From Arcobacteraceae bacterium (lineage in GTDB: Bacteria > Campylobacterota > Campylobacteria > Campylobacterales > Arcobacteraceae), in contig OY759974.1 in the NCBI GenBank assembly GCA_963662945.1, forward strand, positions 2,240,001-2,304,000: a DNA stretch of 64,000 nt. The letters run 5' to 3'. Under the pieces are notes generated by a model. The model was not told the origin of the DNA. It was given only the letters and a program-made list of their open reading frames with translations, and searched no databases. This document shows, piece after piece, positions 58,641-64,000 of this stretch; within the stretch, counting starts at the first letter, position 1; the number at the start of each line of letters is the position of its first letter. Position numbers and translations under genes: made by a program.

Positions 58641-59897
58641 ATGATTCAATTTAAACAAAATTTCAAACAAGAACTTGGGAAAAAAGAGAAACAACGAATC
58701 GAAGAAGTTTTTCATACGTTAGAAGAAGAAAAAAACTCTGGAAGAGTTGGTTATTATAAATTGTATGAAACATCAAAAACTATTCTAAAAGAGATTAAAG
58801 AATATAAAAAGAATAGTAAGGCTTTAAAAAATAAAAAAATAAAAAACATTGTAGTTATAGGTATTGGTGGTTCTAGTTTAGGAACAAAAGCTGTATATGA
58901 ACTATTGAAACTGAAACAAAAATCTTCAATAGATATAACTTTTTTAGAAAATGTTGATCCTTTAGATATAGCTTCAAAAACAAAAAATTTAAAGAAAACA
59001 GATTCTATTTTTATCATCATATCAAAATCAGGTTCTACAATAGAAACTACTTCTATTTTTAAATATATACTTGAAAAATTTAAATTAGATTTGAAAAAAG
59101 ATAACAATAAAATAATAGCTATAACAGATAAAGATTCAAGTCTTTCAAAATTGGCTTTTAAAAATAATATACCACAATTTAATATACCACTAAATGTTGG
59201 AGGAAGATTTTCTGTATTAAGTGCAGTTGGTGTTGTTCCTTTAACACTTGCAGGGTATAAAGTGGAAAAAATTTTAGAAGGTTCTCAAGATTTTATTGAA
59301 TCATTTTTTAATAAAAATGAAAATCATATACTTGAAAAAGGATATTTTTATTTTAAAAATAAAGAGAAATATTGTATTAATACTTTATTTAGTTATTGTA
59401 CATATTTTTCATATTTTAATGATTGGTATGTACAACTTTGGGGAGAAAGTTTAGGAAAAATAGATAGTTGTAATAAAAAAGTAGGACTAACTCCTGTTGG
59501 GCTTGTGGGTTCAATAGATCAACATTCATTTTTGCAGCTTATTATTCAAGGTGTAGAGAATAAGACAGTAAGTTTTATTCAAATTAAAGATTTTGAAAAA
59601 GAGTTACAAATACCAAATATGAATCTAGATTTCTTAGAAAAAACAAATTATATCAATGGGCATAGTTTTGATACACTTTTAAATGCTGAGTGTAATGCTA
59701 CAATTGAGAGTTTAATTGATGAAAAAATTCCAACAGATTTAATACTTTTAGATACATTAAGTGAAAAAAATATTGGTATACTCTTGAGCTATTATGAGTT
59801 ACTTACTTCTTGTGTTGGAGCTTTTTTAGATATTAATACTTATGATCAGCCCGGAGTTGAATTTGGGAAGAAAAAACTAGTAAAAAGATTTAGTTAA
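58641..59897 (+). CDS. pgi: Glucose-6-phosphate isomerase
   Basis: GIGGSSLG, SKSGSTIET, GGRFS, QLWGESLGK, DQHS..Q, DQPGVEFGK. Confidence 0.95.
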   Translation: MIQFKQNFKQELGKKEKQRIEEVFHTLEEEKNSGRVGYYKLYETSKTILKEIKEYKKNSKALKNKKIKNIVVIGIGGSSLGTKAVYELLKLKQKSSIDITFLENVDPLDIASKTKNLKKTDSIFIIISKSGSTIETTSIFKYILEKFKLDLKKDNNKIIAITDKDSSLSKLAFKNNIPQFNIPLNVGGRFSVLSAVGVVPLTLAGYKVEKILEGSQDFIESFFNKNENHILEKGYFYFKNKEKYCINTLFSYCTYFSYFNDWYVQLWGESLGKIDSCNKKVGLTPVGLVGSIDQHSFLQLIIQGVENKTVSFIQIKDFEKELQIPNMNLDFLEKTNYINGHSFDTLLNAECNATIESLIDEKIPTDLILLDTLSEKNIGILLSYYELLTSCVGAFLDINTYDQPGVEFGKKKLVKRFS

Positions 59898-59948
59898 AAT
59901 TTATAGTCATTTTCTAATTCCTAAATTTAAGTTTTAATAAAAAACTTA

Positions 59949-59964
59949 TGGAACACTTATTGAA
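59949..59964 (+). promoter_or_regulatory. Sigma54-like promoter of nifB (variant -12)
   Basis: TGGAAC-ACTTA-TTGAA (GG-N10-GA). Confidence 0.55.
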
Positions 59965-59999
59965 TATACCTTCTTATATTAAATAAAAAGGATTATGAT

Positions 60000-61466
60000 A
60001 TGAGTTGTTCAACAGGAGGATGTGGTACTACTAATGATATGGGATTTGACCCAAATGATCCAGTAGCAGCAGACATCCATGCAAAAATCAACAATCACCC
60101 TTGTTATAGTGAAGGTGCTCATCAGCACTATGCTAGAATCCACGTAGCAGTAGCACCTGCATGTAATATCCAATGTAACTATTGTAACAGAAAATACGAC
60201 TGTTCAAATGAAAGTCGACCAGGAGTTACAAGTGGAAAACTTAGTCCAGAAGAAGCAGTAAAAAAAGTACTTTATATTGGTGGAGAGATTCAACAACTTT
60301 CAGTTGTAGGAATCGCAGGACCAGGTGATGCATTAGCAAATCCACAAAAAACTTTTGATACTTTTAGAATGCTTCAAGAAAAGGCACCAGATTTAAAACT
60401 TTGTTTATCTACAAATGGTCTTAGAATTGCAGATTATATTGATGAGATAGAAAAATATAATGTAGATCATGTTACTGTAACAATTAATACTGTTGATCCA
60501 ACAGGTGAAATAGGTGCACAAATATATCCTTGGGTACACTGGAATCATAAAAAAGTATGGGGTGCTGAAGGTGCTAAACTTCTTTTAGAAAAACAACTTG
60601 AAGGGATTAAAGCATTAACAGATAGAGGAATTTTAGTTAAAGCAAATTCAGTTTTAATTCCAGGTATTAATGATAAAGATTTACCAAATGTTGCTAAAAA
60701 ATTAAAAGAGATGAATGTATTTTTACATAACATTATGCCATTACTTTCTGCACCAGAATTTGGAACTAAATTTGGTTTAGAGGGAGTTCCAAGTGCCACA
60801 GACCAAGAAACTATGGCTGTACAAGAAGCGTGTGGTATGGATATGAAACTTATGAAACACTGTAGACAATGTAGAGCAGATGCTGTTGGACTTATAGGTG
60901 AAGATAGAAGTGATGAGTTTGGAAAAGAGATGTTTGCAGCATTAAGTTTTGAAGAGTTAGAGAAAAAATACAATATAAAAGCCAGAGCTCAAAAACATGA
61001 GATGATAGAAAATTGGAGAACTCATTTAGAAGCTGCTAATGAGAGAATTAAACTAGAACAAGCTACTAAATTAGAACTTAGCTCAACTGGTGAAACAAAA
61101 CTTGTTGCAGTTACAACAGCTGGTGAGGGTATGATTAATATGCACTTTGGTTCAGCACAAGAGTTTTTAGTATATGAGGCAGGTGATAAAGCAATTAAGT
61201 TTGTAATGCATAGAAAATTACAAAGTTCATACTGTTCTGGTCCAGAAAATTGTGATGGAACAAATCCAATAGAAGAGATAAAATACACACTGAAAGATTG
61301 TGATATTTTATTAACTGAAAAAATAGGTGATTGTCCTATGTCTGAATTACAATCAATTAATTTAATTGCAGATGAATCTTATGCAAATATGCCTGTTGAA
61401 AAATCTGTTTTTGAAGCAGTTAAAAAACACTTTTTTACAAATACACATGAGAAAGAACTAGGATAA
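60000..61466 (+). CDS. nifB: Nitrogenase cofactor biosynthesis protein NifB (radical SAM + NifX-like domain)
   Basis: HPC, CNIQCNYC, NESRPG, AGPGD, CRQCRADA, INMHFG. Confidence 0.97.
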   Translation: MSCSTGGCGTTNDMGFDPNDPVAADIHAKINNHPCYSEGAHQHYARIHVAVAPACNIQCNYCNRKYDCSNESRPGVTSGKLSPEEAVKKVLYIGGEIQQLSVVGIAGPGDALANPQKTFDTFRMLQEKAPDLKLCLSTNGLRIADYIDEIEKYNVDHVTVTINTVDPTGEIGAQIYPWVHWNHKKVWGAEGAKLLLEKQLEGIKALTDRGILVKANSVLIPGINDKDLPNVAKKLKEMNVFLHNIMPLLSAPEFGTKFGLEGVPSATDQETMAVQEACGMDMKLMKHCRQCRADAVGLIGEDRSDEFGKEMFAALSFEELEKKYNIKARAQKHEMIENWRTHLEAANERIKLEQATKLELSSTGETKLVAVTTAGEGMINMHFGSAQEFLVYEAGDKAIKFVMHRKLQSSYCSGPENCDGTNPIEEIKYTLKDCDILLTEKIGDCPMSELQSINLIADESYANMPVEKSVFEAVKKHFFTNTHEKELG

Positions 61467-61500
61467 TTCCTAGTCTTTTTCATTACTAAACTATAATCTT

Positions 61501-61782
61501 ATGAAAACAAATCCTAAAATAATATTGTTAAAAGGGAATGGACCTATAACTATCAATAGTGAAATGATGGAACTTTTCACAATTACAACTTCTCATGGAA
61601 TGATAGGATTACCTTTAAAATCATTGCATGCTGATAAAGTATATATTGTAGATGATTTAGAGAAATTTTGGAATATTCACAAAATGATTAAAGAAAAACC
61701 TTGTTGTTTTATTTATTCTTATGACAAATTGGAAAAAGATGATTTGGAGAAAATTAAAGCGTTAGAGATGAATTATATTTAA
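61501..61782 (+). CDS. Hypothetical protein downstream of nifB
   Basis: 93-aa ORF followed by terminator. Confidence 0.6.
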   Translation: MKTNPKIILLKGNGPITINSEMMELFTITTSHGMIGLPLKSLHADKVYIVDDLEKFWNIHKMIKEKPCCFIYSYDKLEKDDLEKIKALEMNYI

Positions 61783-61811
61783 TTTGAGAAAACAATTTTG
61801 TTTTCTCAAAT
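61782..61811. terminator. Hairpin between convergent genes
   Basis: ATTTGAGAAAACAA-TT-TTGTTTTCTCAAAT, 14-bp inverted repeat. Confidence 0.7.
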
Positions 61812-61826
61812 AGTTGTAACTTTTAT

Positions 61827-64000
61827 TTAAAAGCTTGACCATTCATCATTAGAACTTTTATCTTCTATAACAGTTTCAAGCTTTGTTGTAGTATTTTTTG
61901 TTTCATGATGAACAGATTTTTTGCTTTTATGTTCTACTTTTTGATGTCTAATATTTTGATGTGCAGGAGCACCCAACTTACAATTTGCAAATTTAAGTTC
62001 GTTAAGAATATCAAATATACTTGATATGTCTTGTTCTACTTGGTTCGAAAATTTTGTTAATTGTTGATTTGTTTCACCTTTAGCATTATGATCTAAATAG
62101 TCTTGTACACTTTGATGATATTTTGCATGAATCTTTTTTAAAGATGACCAAGCTGATGTTTTTGTAAATGGTGTTTGATTACTTTCTTCTATTGCTATCC
62201 ATTTACCAATTTTACATTCAGTTGGTTTTTGAACACTCCATGTTTTCTTTTCATCAAGTGATTTGAAGTAATCTCGTTTAAAAATAACATGGTCAAAAAA
62301 TAAATCATTTAATTCGTACACTAATCCAACATCACAAATTTGACCAATTGTATTTTCATCAAATTTTGCATTCGCAGCTACATCTGTAAGATCATCAGAT
62401 AGTCTTTTAACACCTTTTGCTAACTCAGCAATATCTGTTGCATTTGAAGCATTTTGTTGTGTAGCTTTATCAAGAGTACTTACAGCATCATTGATTTGTA
62501 CGATTCCTAACTCTTGTTCTTTCGATGCAGTTGTGACATTATCTATAATAACTTTAGTATCTGTAATTATAGTATTTAATGATTCATAACCAGTAATCAT
62601 TTTTGTAGCTATATTTCTACCTTCGTTTGCTTTTGTTGTAGCACTTTGAACCATTGCTTTAATCTCATTTGCAGCATCTGCACTTCTAGAAGCTAAGTTT
62701 CTTACCTCTTGTGCAACAACGGCAAATCCTTTACCAGCTTCCCCAGCAGTTGCAGCTTCTACGGCTGCATTAAGTGAGAGAATATTTGTTTGAAATGCAA
62801 TTTGATCAATAACACTAATAGCTTCATTGATAGCAGTTACTTGAGCATCAATTTGTGACATTGATTCAGCAGTTTGATTTGCTAATTCTTGACCTGTAGT
62901 TGCCGAATGTGTTAAATCATTTGCAATTGTAGACATTTTAACAATATTTTCACTATTTGTTTTTATGCTACTTGTTATCTCTTCTAATGCTGCCGCTGTT
63001 TCTTCTAGTGAAGCTGCTTGTGCATTAGCAGCAGTTGAGAGTTCAGTTGAAGAATTTGTTAATGAAACAATATTATTTGCTAGTTCATCACCACTTGTTT
63101 GAATCATAGCAAAAATTTCTGATACATTATTCCCAATAGCTTTTGTTTGAGTAATAACTGTACCGATTTCCCCACTAACATTATCAATTGATAATTTATG
63201 TGAGAAATTTGCTTTACCAAACTGCATTAAAGCTTCATTAATAGTAATAAGTTGCACTTTCATAGTAGAAATCATATTATTTAATACATCTTTTAATTCA
63301 TTAATGTTTTTATTATTAGCTTGACCTTTTACTTGATAAACAAAGAAACCACTACCAACTCTATCCACAACTTCTTTAATCTCATCAATCACAACTTGAT
63401 CTTCTTGGAGCCCTTTTTGTATTGAATCCATATATTGATTAAACAATTCTGAAGCTTTTCCTATCTCATCGTGTGCTGTCACAGATAATCTTGTTGTAAT
63501 ATCATTTGAAGTTAAAAGTTTCTCAAATCCAATTTGTAAACTATGAAGAGGGTTAATTACACTTTTAATGATAGCAAAATAGAGTAATGATAATGCAATA
63601 GTTAACAATATAAGTGTTAGGATAATAAAAGATGCCATTAATGTAGCTACATTATTTGATGCTTCATTTTCCATATTTGCAATCTCTTTTTCTATATCAT
63701 CTACATAAACACCTGTTCCTACTATCCAATTCCATTCTTTAAAATAAGCTACATAAGAAATTTTATTTTGAGGTTTATCAAATCCTGGTTTTGCCCATTG
63801 ATAATCAATGTAACCACTTCCTTTTGTTTGAGCTACTTTTACCATCTCTACAAATAATTGTTTCCCATTAGGATCTTTTAAATTTGCAATATTTGTATTA
63901 TTTAATGAAGGTTTAATAGGATGCATAATCATTTTTGGTTCAGTATCATTTATCCAAAAATAATTATCACCTTCTTTTCCATATCTCATTTTTGCAATAG
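61827..64000 (-). CDS. Methyl-accepting chemotaxis protein with Cache sensor, HAMP and C-terminal CZB domain (5' end outside window)
   Basis: YFWIND...HP..Y.W.KP..K.SY (Cache), MCP motif, H..FK...C..G.W...H...H (CZB), EWSSF tail. Confidence 0.93.
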   Translation of the reverse strand, partial: IAKMRYGKEGDNYFWINDTEPKMIMHPIKPSLNNTNIANLKDPNGKQLFVEMVKVAQTKGSGYIDYQWAKPGFDKPQNKISYVAYFKEWNWIVGTGVYVDDIEKEIANMENEASNNVATLMASFIILTLILLTIALSLLYFAIIKSVINPLHSLQIGFEKLLTSNDITTRLSVTAHDEIGKASELFNQYMDSIQKGLQEDQVVIDEIKEVVDRVGSGFFVYQVKGQANNKNINELKDVLNNMISTMKVQLITINEALMQFGKANFSHKLSIDNVSGEIGTVITQTKAIGNNVSEIFAMIQTSGDELANNIVSLTNSSTELSTAANAQAASLEETAAALEEITSSIKTNSENIVKMSTIANDLTHSATTGQELANQTAESMSQIDAQVTAINEAISVIDQIAFQTNILSLNAAVEAATAGEAGKGFAVVAQEVRNLASRSADAANEIKAMVQSATTKANEGRNIATKMITGYESLNTIITDTKVIIDNVTTASKEQELGIVQINDAVSTLDKATQQNASNATDIAELAKGVKRLSDDLTDVAANAKFDENTIGQICDVGLVYELNDLFFDHVIFKRDYFKSLDEKKTWSVQKPTECKIGKWIAIEESNQTPFTKTSAWSSLKKIHAKYHQSVQDYLDHNAKGETNQQLTKFSNQVEQDISSIFDILNELKFANCKLGAPAHQNIRHQKVEHKSKKSVHHETKNTTTKLETVIEDKSSNDEWSSF

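Noticed and set aside
59898-59999. NifA upstream activator site TGT-N10-ACA before nifB and other sigma54-like promoters
   Set aside because: No convincing match in the intergenic DNA; coding regions were not scanned exhaustively
2796-61288. Many 60-142 aa ORFs antisense to or inside well-supported genes (e.g. 2796, 34269, 48260, 53853, 58754, 60545)
   Set aside because: Overlap confident CDSs, with no motifs or SD; typical shadow frames
1-64000. CRISPR array, rRNA, prophage, transposase
   Set aside because: No repeat-spacer periodicity, rRNA-like GC-rich tract or phage/IS genes seen

Overview
AT-rich bacterial chromosome segment, most likely Campylobacterota/Arcobacteraceae-like (inferred from protein sequences and the kdsA-ribH-nusB-pyrF order). 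1-9.8 kb is core genome: lnt (partial), hup, der, MscS, DMT, K+ channel, kdsA, ribH, nusB, pyrF, tRNA-Ser(GCT). 10-15.8 kb holds a c-type cytochrome, a chemoreceptor, a two-component system and an unannotated 58-aa Cys-rich ORF. 15.8-21 kb is a peptidoglycan-recycling operon (nagZ, sodium symporter, anmK, amgK, murU). At 25.3-29.5 kb an antiviral cassette sits between a MoxR-like AAA+ ATPase and its vWA partner: a prokaryotic viperin plus a NYN-LOTUS nuclease, divergent from an 848-aa HTH-like/TPR/ankyrin protein. 35-62 kb is a nitrogen-scarcity region: assimilatory nitrate/nitrite reduction, nitrate transport, nif-associated redox genes, twin ferredoxins, a glucosylglycerate synthesis/recycling cluster and nifB. 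Best non-coding signals: (i) a palindrome TGTATA-N5-TATACA at five sites, always 31-32 nt from a -10 box, serving seven promoters (candidate nitrogen regulon), and (ii) sigma54-type GG-N10-GC promoters on nif-type genes and on the MoxR/vWA genes. All calls come from reading motifs by eye; no database searches were run.
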